Under the pieces are notes generated by a model. It did not search any database and had not been told where the DNA came from. It saw only the letters and a list, made by a program, of their open reading frames with translations. The position numbers were made by a program, and so were the translations under genes. A stretch of 64,000 nucleotides of DNA from an uncultured Candidatus Saccharibacteria bacterium (GTDB lineage: Bacteria; Patescibacteriota; Minisyncoccia; Phycocordibacterales; JACOZG01). Shown here one piece after another: positions 18,699 through 27,900 of the stretch. The first letter of the stretch is position 1, and every line of letters begins with the position of its first letter. The stretch is taken from positions 3,537-67,536 of the forward strand of contig CAZYLF010000002.1 of assembly GCA_964648765.1 (NCBI GenBank), written 5' to 3'.

Positions 18699-20231
18699 TT
18701 ACCTAATTCGACGCGTTTTTTTGTACTCTGCAGCTCTCATGATCACTCCAAAAACCAAATCACCCAAAGAGTGGAGCATGCCGGGAATAACAATGGCGTT
18801 GGGATTTTCAGGAGTCTCAACTACACACCCAAATCCAAAGTAACCACGACTCAACCGTTCAGGTTTACGAGGATCAAATTCGTTTGACGCAAATTCGCCA
18901 TCGTAATCAAACAAGGCACATGCCTTTTTTGTGTCGTACGAACAACCCATCATCTCCATGGTTTCTTTGGAATGTTGGTAACCAATCAAGGTCATGATTC
19001 GATCGTACGGGAGCTGATCGAGAAATTTACCCTTTGGACCGAAAATTTGGATCACACCGCCATCAACTTCCCAGTGCTTCACATTGGAGATAATTTTACC
19101 TCCATATAATGCTCGGAAATAGTCATGACGGTATTCTGGCAAATCACCTTGATAATCAACCAAGTTCGGCCGAGATAAATCTCTGAATACCCGATAAACC
19201 CTTTCTCCACTCTCGACATAAGAATTTGGATTGAAAGTCGCCGCCTCGGGGTAATGAGTAAGGATTCGATAATCAACCTCATATCCATTGTCGATAAGTT
19301 TGTGAATCTGGTGGATCATTTCAGCGGTCGAGTTACCAAGACCGATAAGAATGAATCGCTTCCCCTTTGCCTCAGCTGGCCGGAGGAAATACTGCCACCG
19401 TGCACCCGCTTCACTCACCTTTGCAGTAGTAGTCATCCGTAAAGGATCGGAGATCGGTTTGGGTTTACCCATTCCAATCGCATTTATCACAATCGGATAT
19501 GTTGCCGTTTTACCACCCGCAAAACTCAGTAAATGCTTTAGCTTACCCGGCTTAATTCCAGTAACATTCTCAGTCACTGTTTTAAGGGTAGCCAAGTTAT
19601 CCAGAAAAATCCGCACCTCATCCCCATCTCCAGGTGCAGGCTCAAGGACATCCCCGAAAAACTGTAACCGTCGGGGATTATTGCGTGACAATCCATGGAC
19701 ATTATCTTGTGCCCAGATTCCTAATGGCCTACTCTTCTCATAAACCGTGATCTTTTCAAAGCCAACTCTTTGAAGTGCGGCTGAAACAAGGATCCCGGCT
19801 GCCCCATAACCAATTACGGCGACAGGAACACTTCTGAGTGATTGGGGTATACGGACATCGGTAAAGTAAACGCCTGACGCCCCCTCACCAATAAAATTGT
19901 TACCCTCAGCAATCCCGCTACTCGCAAGGGCTTTGCCAATACGACCATTTTCTTCATGTGATCCGTTATACGGAGAAGTCTCGGCGGGTTGTATGTGGGG
20001 GAGAGCCAAAGCATAGTTGTCGATTAACCCGGTATCAGCGTTTGGTTGACGCAATACCAGATTCAACAGTGCGTTGCCAAAAAATCCCTGCTCAGCCAAT
20101 TTGTTAATAGCTGACAAATCAAAACCCTTGTCTTCAATAAACCTCCGAAGTAAACCCAAATCAAGCTGATCTGGCCTTCTAGCACCGAACATCTTTAATA
20201 GTTCAGCTGCTGTAGCTTTGGGGGTAGACAT
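18699..20231 (-). CDS. FAD-dependent monooxygenase (flavin-containing/N-hydroxylating monooxygenase-like) with ~130-aa N-terminal extension
   Basis: Two Rossmann dinucleotide motifs, VAVIGYGAAGILVSAAL and FILIGLGNSTAEM. Confidence 0.7.
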   Translation of the reverse strand: MSTPKATAAELLKMFGARRPDQLDLGLLRRFIEDKGFDLSAINKLAEQGFFGNALLNLVLRQPNADTGLIDNYALALPHIQPAETSPYNGSHEENGRIGKALASSGIAEGNNFIGEGASGVYFTDVRIPQSLRSVPVAVIGYGAAGILVSAALQRVGFEKITVYEKSRPLGIWAQDNVHGLSRNNPRRLQFFGDVLEPAPGDGDEVRIFLDNLATLKTVTENVTGIKPGKLKHLLSFAGGKTATYPIVINAIGMGKPKPISDPLRMTTTAKVSEAGARWQYFLRPAEAKGKRFILIGLGNSTAEMIHQIHKLIDNGYEVDYRILTHYPEAATFNPNSYVESGERVYRVFRDLSRPNLVDYQGDLPEYRHDYFRALYGGKIISNVKHWEVDGGVIQIFGPKGKFLDQLPYDRIMTLIGYQHSKETMEMMGCSYDTKKACALFDYDGEFASNEFDPRKPERLSRGYFGFGCVVETPENPNAIVIPGMLHSLGDLVFGVIMRAAEYKKTRRIR

Positions 20232-20281
20232 GGCATTTCCTCCTTTTTGACTTTATGACCTTGTTACGCTTAAGTGATGTT

Positions 20282-20530
20282 TCAGTTCAGAACTTTAACA
20301 TCAACAGCCCGAAGAAGACGGTTACCATTGGACACATCAAGTGAACCAATTAAAAAATCAACATTCAAACCCCTAGCAAGAGTTACGTCATCATGCGAAG
20401 ACGCAACAACAAACTTTAGCCTATCATACGAGCTGGCTTGATCTTTTACTCGCACAGTCCAATATCCTTTCTCTTTTTGGCCAGTATATCCAACCACAAA
20501 ACCTGTGTGTCGGCGGTTCTCCTCCACCAT
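20282..20530 (-). CDS. hypothetical small protein, 82 aa
   Basis: RBS aaagagg; beta-rich sequence; co-directional and upstream of the monooxygenase. Confidence 0.45.
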   Translation of the reverse strand: MVEENRRHTGFVVGYTGQKEKGYWTVRVKDQASSYDRLKFVVASSHDDVTLARGLNVDFLIGSLDVSNGNRLLRAVDVKVLN

Positions 20531-20629
20531 TATTCACCTCCTTTCTTGTTTAAGAACAACCTCTTTTATTCATGCATAATTTACCAATTTTGTCAATATG
20601 TAACTTAGAACAAAATCTCACTTGAGATG

Positions 20630-20728
20630 AGATAGCTGGTGGCTACAGCATCGCTTAAACTGTAAACAAAGTTCTTTAAGAAAAAACAATCCCGCGTTTG
20701 GAGTAATCCAAACGCGGGATTTTATTTT
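20630..20728. repeat. direct repeat copy 2 (includes a remnant of the 13572-14834 gene 3' end + identical terminator)
   Basis: …ctggtggctacagcatcgcttaaactgtaaacaaagttctttaagaaaaaacaatcccgcgtttggagtaatccaaacgcgggattttatttt. Confidence 0.8.
20688..20728. terminator. bidirectional terminator (identical copy of 14862-14902)
   Basis: Identical 34-nt palindrome plus T-run. Confidence 0.75.
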
Positions 20729-20736
20729 ATCATTGG

Positions 20737-20931
20737 CTATTTCCAGTTCACCCACTTTTGGTACAACACCCCGGCAAGAAAGATTACTCCAGTGAGCGCT
20801 ACCCACATCTTTGTCCTCTCACCCTCCTGACCATAATTCACAGCGAAGACGATAAAGAAAATAAAGAGGAGCAACACCGCAATCAAATGTAACAATCTGT
20901 TTGCCTTACCTGGCTCTTTGATATCAATCAC
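20737..20931 (-). CDS. small membrane protein, 64 aa
   Basis: Two TM helices; ORF only. Confidence 0.35.
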   Translation of the reverse strand: MIDIKEPGKANRLLHLIAVLLLFIFFIVFAVNYGQEGERTKMWVALTGVIFLAGVLYQKWVNWK

Positions 20932-21111
20932 ATGCTATCTCCTAAAAATGTTACTCAAAGTTAACTATTTATAAATTAACACATTATGGCAAAAAAGCAA
21001 ATATTAATAAAACCATAGCAATTTTGAATTTTTTTTGTTACTATCACGCTTGATATTCTGAAAGATGAATATCATATTCCGGCGTGGCGCAGTGGTAGCG
21101 CAGTCGCCTGT

Positions 21112-21693
21112 GGACAGGTTCTTGGCTTACAGATGGTATACTCAACTGAGTTATGCCACGAAAAGAAACAAGAACCTATGCTGATCGAGCAGCCTATATG
21201 GTAAGGGCCGTTTCTTTAAGAAGAATTAAGTTAAGGAAAATGGCTCGAGAATACAAAGGTGGTAAATGTGAAATTTGCGGTTACTCTAGATGTGAGCGAG
21301 CGCTAAGTTTCCATCATCGAGATCCTAAAAAGAAATCCTTCGGGATATCAGACAGAGGTCTAACGTATTCTTGGCAGAGGATAAAAAACGAAATTGATAA
21401 GTGTGTCCTCCTCTGCGCTAATTGTCATATGGAATTGCACGACGGTTTTACGCAGCTTCCCGCTGTAAAGCGGGTTGAAAAATGAGGTGAATTCGGTGAA
21501 GTCCCATGTGGATAATACCGAGCCGAGCCCGCCAACATCCGAAAGGTTGTGGCGGGAAGGTGTAGAGACTATCTCGCAAGAGAGTACTTCTCGCTAAATA
21601 AAATTAACGAGACGGAAGCGCCTCACATCCCACTCACTGAAAAGTGAAGGATGATGATCTAGTCCATCCCTTTAAGCAATTAGAGGATAAATG
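21112..21693 (+). other. group I self-splicing intron (putative) carrying an HNH homing endonuclease ORF
   Basis: It lies between the tRNA halves. The 3'-terminal G, the R/S-like elements (ggtgtagagactatc … gatgatctagtcc) and an internal HNH ORF support the call. The exact P1 and boundaries are unverified. Confidence 0.55.
21153..21485 (+). CDS. HNH homing endonuclease (intron-encoded)
   Basis: CEICG…HHRDPKKK…CANCH zinc-finger/HNH motif; 110 aa. Confidence 0.7.
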   Translation: MPRKETRTYADRAAYMVRAVSLRRIKLRKMAREYKGGKCEICGYSRCERALSFHHRDPKKKSFGISDRGLTYSWQRIKNEIDKCVLLCANCHMELHDGFTQLPAVKRVEK

Positions 21694-21719
21694 TAAGCGA
21701 TTGGTCGTAGGTTCGAATC

Positions 21720-23390
21720 CTACCGCCGGAGCCTGACTGACAAAAGTGGCACATGATGCCACTTTTGTTGTATTTGGCCTGGCTTTTTAGAGGTTCGAGC
21801 GTGCTCTATTTCCTGCATAATAGCTTCTCGTGCTTTTATGAGGCTCAAAAAGAAAGAACTGTAGGAAAGCTGGATCTTTTTGTCGGAAATGGTGAGGTTC
21901 GAGCCAAGGCATGCGAGTATCGCTCTTTTGGTCTTTTCATCTCCATTTGCGTACCAAAGATGGGCGTAGCACGCAAAGTCAAAGGTTTGCTCTGATAGTT
22001 CTGCCCATTGTTCAACTGCCTTATTCTTAATCTTCAACTCGTCTTCAAGAAGGCCCTTCTTTCTGAGTAGGTCTGATTTTAAGGACTGATATTCCTGTTC
22101 GCCAATGATGGTTCGAGCCTTGTTGGATGGTGCGGTGAAGTTTAAGGTTAAAGACTGCAGCTGCTGCGTTACTTCTTCACACTCCTTGTGTTTGGTCCTT
22201 ATTGCAATTGAATCACTCTCGGCCTCAGTCTTGCGGACCTCATGAACATGGCGGACCGCCCAGTCACGATACTCTTCTGAAATTCTTATATCTTTAAGGA
22301 TCGCTCCAATCTGTAGATGTAGCAGTTTTACTTCTACATGCTTTTCAGTACAACCGGCATCATATCTCTTTTTGGTGCAGTTATAGTAGACATAATGATG
22401 GACGTTGCCGTTCTTGCATCGCTTTACTTTTGCTTGAGCTGTAATACTACAACCACAGGTGGCGCATTTCATAAGACCAGTAAAAGCAAACATTCGCTCC
22501 TCATGTCGTGGGCGTGGTTGATTGCTTCGGCCCATAATTTTTTGGACCCTATCAAATTCCTCTTTGGTAACCATTGGCTCATGCGCTCCTTTATTCCAAT
22601 TACCACTGTGTAGCGGAAACTCAAACCAACCGTAATAAAATGGATTCCCTAGGACTGCATAAATTGCTGATCGAGAAAGATGTTCGCCGCCAATGTTTCT
22701 ACGTGGGACCGTCCGGAGATTCAATTGCTTTCTTGAAATATTCCAAATCTGGGCCATTGAATAGTTGCCGGTAAGAGCAAGGTCAAAAAGTCTTCGGACC
22801 AAGGGAAACCTTTCAGGATCTCTTTCCAAAGTCTTATAACCCTTTTGCTTGTTTGGAGTATTGAGGTATCCGATTGGTGCGCCACTTGGCATCCAGCCAT
22901 CTCTCACTTTCTTTTGCAGACCTCGCTTCACATTCACTGATAGGTCTCGAATAAACTGGTTGGCCATTCCAAGTTCCACCTGCATCATGAGGACGTTGTC
23001 TGTCGGATAATAGGTTCGGCCGAAGGTGACGATCTGGGATATCGCACTCTGCTGCAACATCCAGCTTATCTGGCCACCATCGACAGGATTACGGGCTAGG
23101 CGGTCCAGTTTCCAGCACAGGATGCCATTGGCTTCGCCTTTATAGATTCTTTCAAGCATTGAGTTGAATACTTTCCTGCCTGGCTTCTTGGCTGATTGTG
23201 ATTCTTCAAGGATATCCAGGATTTGTAGACCTTGATCCTTTGCAATCTTCATAAGCTCGTCTTTCTGAGCATCTATGGACGCCGCTTGACGGTCTTCTGC
23301 CTCGCTGGATTTACGTGCGTAGAGGAAATATTTAATTGGTTGATTTGTCTGGTTCATTGTTTGTTTGTGTGTCAGATATGTGGGTCTCAT
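21720..23390 (-). CDS. large serine recombinase (resolvase/invertase N-domain + recombinase domain + zinc ribbon)
   Basis: N-terminal YARKSSEAEDRQ…SIDAQ catalytic Ser region, central recombinase domain and C-terminal CATCGC…C cluster. The stop overlaps the tRNA 3' exon by ~12 nt. Confidence 0.85.
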   Translation of the reverse strand: MRPTYLTHKQTMNQTNQPIKYFLYARKSSEAEDRQAASIDAQKDELMKIAKDQGLQILDILEESQSAKKPGRKVFNSMLERIYKGEANGILCWKLDRLARNPVDGGQISWMLQQSAISQIVTFGRTYYPTDNVLMMQVELGMANQFIRDLSVNVKRGLQKKVRDGWMPSGAPIGYLNTPNKQKGYKTLERDPERFPLVRRLFDLALTGNYSMAQIWNISRKQLNLRTVPRRNIGGEHLSRSAIYAVLGNPFYYGWFEFPLHSGNWNKGAHEPMVTKEEFDRVQKIMGRSNQPRPRHEERMFAFTGLMKCATCGCSITAQAKVKRCKNGNVHHYVYYNCTKKRYDAGCTEKHVEVKLLHLQIGAILKDIRISEEYRDWAVRHVHEVRKTEAESDSIAIRTKHKECEEVTQQLQSLTLNFTAPSNKARTIIGEQEYQSLKSDLLRKKGLLEDELKIKNKAVEQWAELSEQTFDFACYAHLWYANGDEKTKRAILACLGSNLTISDKKIQLSYSSFFLSLIKAREAIMQEIEHARTSKKPGQIQQKWHHVPLLSVRLRR

Positions 23391-24231
23391 TTACTGGCTC
23401 TGCCCATTTTTCGCCGTTTTTAAAGGGTGGTTCCGTAGTATCTGATTGGATACTACTGACTTCCCGTAAATTTCCCGTTATATCGGGAAAATTATCTCCG
23501 TTTTCTGTGGGTCTCACTACCTCACTTAAGGGTATGTTTCCTTCATAGGCTGTCTGGACGACATCATGCCCAGAAGGGTCTTGAATAGCAACTTCTAGTG
23601 GTAGCTGCCACTTATGCATTTTTCTTTTAAGAACATCTCCAATGCTAGTTAAAGAATTCGGGGATTTATTATTTTGGTTAGTTAGAGTATCTACGTTAAT
23701 ACTACGGTTCCTGCGTTTTCGGATACTACGGAGATGTATATCTGGATACTGCGCAACTGAATCTTTAAGTTTGAGACGCCCTTTAACATGGGCAATGCTT
23801 TTCCAAAAATCGACCGACTTAAAGTAGTACAGGTTCAGAGTTTTGAATCCACTCTTTGTCTGAACCACACCAAGGATGCTGCACTCAACAAGAAGCCGGA
23901 CCGCATTGGCAACATAGTTTCTATTCTTCTCCCCAGTTAAGTCTTGAATCGTGGTTAAGCTTGGCCAGGCGACTTGTGTCTGTGTATTTCCATGTTTCAA
24001 GATTGCGCAGTAAACAAGCGTGCAGAGCTTTGGCAACTTTTCCATATAGCCATGCTCTACAAATTCATTCTCCACGAAAAATCGAGTAGGCTTTCTCTTA
24101 CCGCGCAATAAGGACCGGTCAATCTGATTCTTCAGTTCCTCGATCTTCGCCTTGTGGTAGGCATGAGCTATCTCCACTTTCTTTTTCTTCGGGTCCAACC
24201 ACTCGAGGAAATACTTCTCGTTGTTGTTCAT
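23332..24231 (-). CDS. putative replication initiator / winged-helix DNA-binding protein
   Basis: wHTH-like segment LCTLVYCAILKHGNTQTQVAWPSLTTIQDLTGEKNRNYVANAVRLL; located next to the iteron-like array. The start may be the internal Met (24045). Confidence 0.45.
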   Translation of the reverse strand: MNNNEKYFLEWLDPKKKKVEIAHAYHKAKIEELKNQIDRSLLRGKRKPTRFFVENEFVEHGYMEKLPKLCTLVYCAILKHGNTQTQVAWPSLTTIQDLTGEKNRNYVANAVRLLVECSILGVVQTKSGFKTLNLYYFKSVDFWKSIAHVKGRLKLKDSVAQYPDIHLRSIRKRRNRSINVDTLTNQNNKSPNSLTSIGDVLKRKMHKWQLPLEVAIQDPSGHDVVQTAYEGNIPLSEVVRPTENGDNFPDITGNLREVSSIQSDTTEPPFKNGEKWAEPVNETHISDTQTNNEPDKSTN

Positions 24232-24388
24232 ATTCTGTAAGCCACACCTTTTTCACAGGCCGATAGACAAGATCAAAGACCGTCAGGAGTTTGGTAGCTT
24301 CTTCAACAAGAATTTCATCTGATGGAACCTCGCCATGTTCCTGGCGATAGATCTCTCGATATTCATCTAGTGCTTGTTTACTTAGCAT
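24119..24388 (-). CDS. small protein homologous to the 33511..33735 ORF (function unknown); C-terminal part overlaps next gene
   Basis: N-terminal 45 aa (DEYREIYRQEHGEVPSDEILVEEATKLLTVFDLVYRPVKK) align with ESFQVLYKTHFNKDISRAEAVEKGTKLLTLMKAVYKPMTKE. Confidence 0.45.
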   Translation of the reverse strand: MLSKQALDEYREIYRQEHGEVPSDEILVEEATKLLTVFDLVYRPVKKVWLTEYEQQREVFPRVVGPEEKESGDSSCLPQGEDRGTEESD

Positions 24389-24499
24389 GATGGTGTAGTG
24401 TTTGGTTAATAATTTCGACCTTTAGTCTCTTCCAGAAATAGAAAGAGCTGAGTCCCAGTTGCAAGTGACTCAGCTCTTTCCATGCAACTGGATGTTATG

Positions 24500-24860
24500 T
24501 ATCGTAGATCCTATTTCGTGCAAAATTGCGTGCATTACTTTGGGACCATCCGATTTGTCTATTCTGAGGCCCTATATTTTCCTAATTGCAGGAATTACTT
24601 CGGACCAAAGAACTATCTAATCCTAGTGCTTAAAAAAAGCAAAACATGGTGTATTACTTTTTATGGCTAGGATTATGGATTTATCCTAAGGTGTATAAAG
24701 TTCCTAACTGTAGGAATTACTCTTACCCCCCGAGGACTGTCTTAATCCTATTGTCTAAAAAGTGAAAAATGCGTTGCATTACTTTCATCTCCTCGGACAG
24801 TCATATCCTAAGAGCAAATGTAGTGCATTTCGGTGTGCATTACTTTTCCTTTAGGACCAG
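24500..24860. repeat. iteron-like array: 6 degenerate tandem repeats of ~61 bp each containing ATCCTA and TGC(G)TGCATTACTTT motifs
   Basis: kGCATTACTTy occurs at 24531, 24591, 24651, 24714, 24776 and 24836. ATCCTA occurs at ~24507, 24619, 24682, 24744 and 24805. The array lies in the intergenic region upstream of the rep-like/recombinase genes. Confidence 0.7.
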
Positions 24861-24975
24861 GTAAGTATGAGGTCCGAAGAAGTGCAAATTAGTGGGTATT
24901 GGCCGAGACAACGTAAAAAGCCCTGAATAGGCTTGGAAAAGCGTACACAGGGCTGTTTAGGGTCAAATTCGGTGT

Positions 24976-27900
24976 CTACAATATGTTCTCTCGCAATAAA
25001 TAAGCTATTACCGAAGCCTTTTCCAAGAGGAAATCCAAAATGATGAGAATCTGATTTTTTAACTGCGGATTAGTCTTGATCTTTTGCCGATTTTTAAGAA
25101 TGTAACTCCTCACAAGATTCTCCAGATAATAAACAGTGTTTACTTCTAGTTCCTTACGAGAAAGATCTGGATTCTTCTGTAGCAAATCACTAATCCAAGC
25201 AATACCCTCAGGAACAAAATTACTACCTATATCATTCAGAAGTTTTGTCAAAGCATACAAGACAGGGGTATTACCTCCCATATCTTCAGATACTTTCTTA
25301 AAGAAAGTCTTTTCTCTGTCTTTCAGAGAGCGCCATTCTTTCGCCCCTTTCTTCCATTGCAATGCTAGGAGGTATTTATGAACAACACTTTCAGCGTATC
25401 TAAGGTGATTTTCATCTGAGCATAGTTCCACAATCTTCGGATAGAAAACCTTCCAAACAGTCCAAAATTCTTCGTATTGATTTATAGAATCTTCCGCAAT
25501 AACAAACGCTTCTAGTACATCAGCCACAGCTTTCCTTCGCCTGAAATCACCAATGAGTTCCGTAAATGGCTTCACATACGTTTCAATTTCTTCTTTTGGA
25601 GAATAGAGGACAAAGTAAGCAAACTTATCTAAAAATCTATGTTCAAGCATATAGTCCAGACGCTCTTCCTTGTCCTCATTCTTAAATGCTTCTATGAGCA
25701 CAGGGCAAATTTCTCGTAAAAACTTCTTATGATTCTCGTCACTAGTTTTTAGCGGTACCAGCAGAAAAGCAGTTACGAGTATGCCGGGATCTATCTCTGC
25801 AACATTCTGTAGATCTGTATAAGAGAGTTGATTTGATAAGGCTTTATTGATCTGGGCTTTGCACTCTTTTTTAAAACGCTTTATGACAGAGATTGTAGAG
25901 AAGTCATATTTTTGTTTCTTTCGACTCTCTTCTCGAATAGACTCGCTTATTTCATCAAACTTAGGTTTAAGAAATAAGTACCCATGGAATATAGCTTTTG
26001 CATCCTCGGGACTTTCTGACCACAGATGTTGCAGAACTGCCGCGACCGCATAATCAGAGACTCGTTGGCTCATACCAATCGGATAGGAGTCGAAAAGAAC
26101 GAGAAGAAGTATCACTTTGATTTTTTCAGCATCCTTGGGAAACTTTTTGATCAATAGAGGAAGGACGTTAACTGATGCTTCTAATCCGTCGCCAACCTGA
26201 TATCGAAAACCTGCCTTCAAAGGCATAGATGCATAATCGAGTACTACTTTTTTACAAAACTCTGTATCCTTAGGAGACAGTTTGTCTGAGTAGTCTCGCA
26301 AAAGTACGGCACAGACATATGATGGAACTGACCGGTAGAATAATCTGAATTGACTCTCTTCGAGTTTATCTTTATCTAGCTGTTCCAGGATTGCTTTCGT
26401 TTCAGAAAGCGCGAGCACAGGATCATTTTCATATTGTGGGTAATTTTTTACTTCTTCCTTTCTTTCAAACTTATGACTCGACCATAATTGCAAAGGTGTA
26501 TATTTCAATGCTTCGGAACTTTTTGCCTGCGCTTCTTCACTGTGTTGTCTTAACTCTGGATCAATCTCAGGGTTGAAACTAATAAGAACTTGATCGTCTT
26601 TTTTCTCTGTAGTTATCTTCATTTTTCGACGATCCATTCTTGCCAAACAAAGTCTCCAGGTTTTATCACCATCAGTCTCTTTTGATTTGTTAGGTAGTTT
26701 TGCATAGTATTCATCAAGTATTTTCCATACCTCTTCCTGTCTAGTTTTAGACACTTCTTCCGCTTCGCCCTCATTCGCAAATAACTGATAGTTAAGTGCC
26801 TGATTTTCAAGTGAGTGATTACGATGCTTATCTTCACAAGTCTGCAGCCTCTCGTTCTTGAATAAGCCCATTGGATCATGGGCCATCGAGTAAGTGAACT
26901 TCGCACTACTCATATCGAGGTACATTCTTGAAGAATCAAAGAAAAAGAAATCCTTAGTTCTGAAAAGAATTTTTGCAATATTGAATAGCTTCGACGGTTC
27001 GGCAAGAACAGCGCTGACTACTACTGCAGTAATCGAGACGGATCGAGAATTTTTGATGAGATAAAGGCACCACTTCTCTACAACTTCAGGATCCCAGGTT
27101 TTTGCTATACCGAGCAACCAATGCTCCAGAGCCATATGAATAGATTCAAGTAATGGTGGAGCAACCTGCGTTCCCCGATATAAATTCCAAATTCTGTGAC
27201 AGGCATATTGTTTGATAGTTTGACCCGAAGCATCTACTACGACATCTATTTCTTCAGCTTCGTACTGCGCGAATTCTGATTTGGCAAAATACCCGATCGA
27301 CTTATTAGTAAATGCTAAAATAAAGTTGACCGTTTCCTGAGGGGCGACTTGCAACATCGTTCCTATTGGTGTCTGAAAAGCACTAGCTGGGTAATACTCA
27401 AGATGGCCCTCCGTGAGATCAAAGTATTGCTCTATGCCATTCCTGTAATCAGAATATGAATGCCTATCTTCACGAGGTTTATAAAACCAAAATAGATTTG
27501 CAAGTTTTATGATTTCTTTCGGAAGATGACGTGCAACTTCGGTGCTATTGATAATTGAAGAAAGCATCACTTTTACCAATTCGTAATATCGAGTTCGATG
27601 GGATGTATCCTGCGCGGCAATGACTCCATCTACAATTTCAGTCAACTCTTCTTTTATTTCCCCTGAGCCACTAAGAATAGTTCTGATGAGTTGCTCTTTG
27701 GAGCTATCACGAGAACTGAAGTAAAAATCATTCTTGGCTGTAAGGGTGTTGTAATAAAACAATGCAATCTGACTTGCTTCCTTAGTAGTTTCTCCTTGCT
27801 TATTACTTCGGTTCCAATCATCCAGTACTGGGAGGATGACATGCATATACATAAGTTGAAGCCTGTCCTTATGTTTGTTGACGAAAGCAATGGCAGAAGA

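Larger units (their letters stand above)
21078..21731 (+). tRNA. tRNA-Asn(GUU): tRNA-Asn(GUU) interrupted by a ~582-nt group I intron in the anticodon loop (exon 1 21078-21111, exon 2 21694-21731)
   Basis: Exon 1 is tccggcg-tg-gcgc-agtggta-gcgc-a-gtcgc-ctgt. Exon 2 is taa-gcgat-tggtc-gtagg-ttcgaat-cctac-cgccgga-g. Together they form a full cloverleaf with U1-A72, G73 and loop CUGUUAA, all as in bacterial tRNA-Asn. The intron ends in G and contains P7-like gagacta…ctagtcc elements. Confidence 0.7.

Noticed and set aside
21078-21731. Possibility that the two tRNA-like halves are a tmRNA or a disrupted tRNA pseudogene
   Set aside because: The halves assemble into a complete canonical tRNA-Asn cloverleaf (not a tRNA-like/mRNA-like tmRNA arrangement). 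The insert also ends in G and has group I P7-like elements plus an HNH ORF, so an intron is favoured over insertional disruption, although disruption cannot be fully excluded.
24500-24860. CRISPR array
   Set aside because: The repeats are degenerate (not identical), about 20 bp within a 61-bp period, with no cas genes nearby; an iteron/binding-site array is more consistent.
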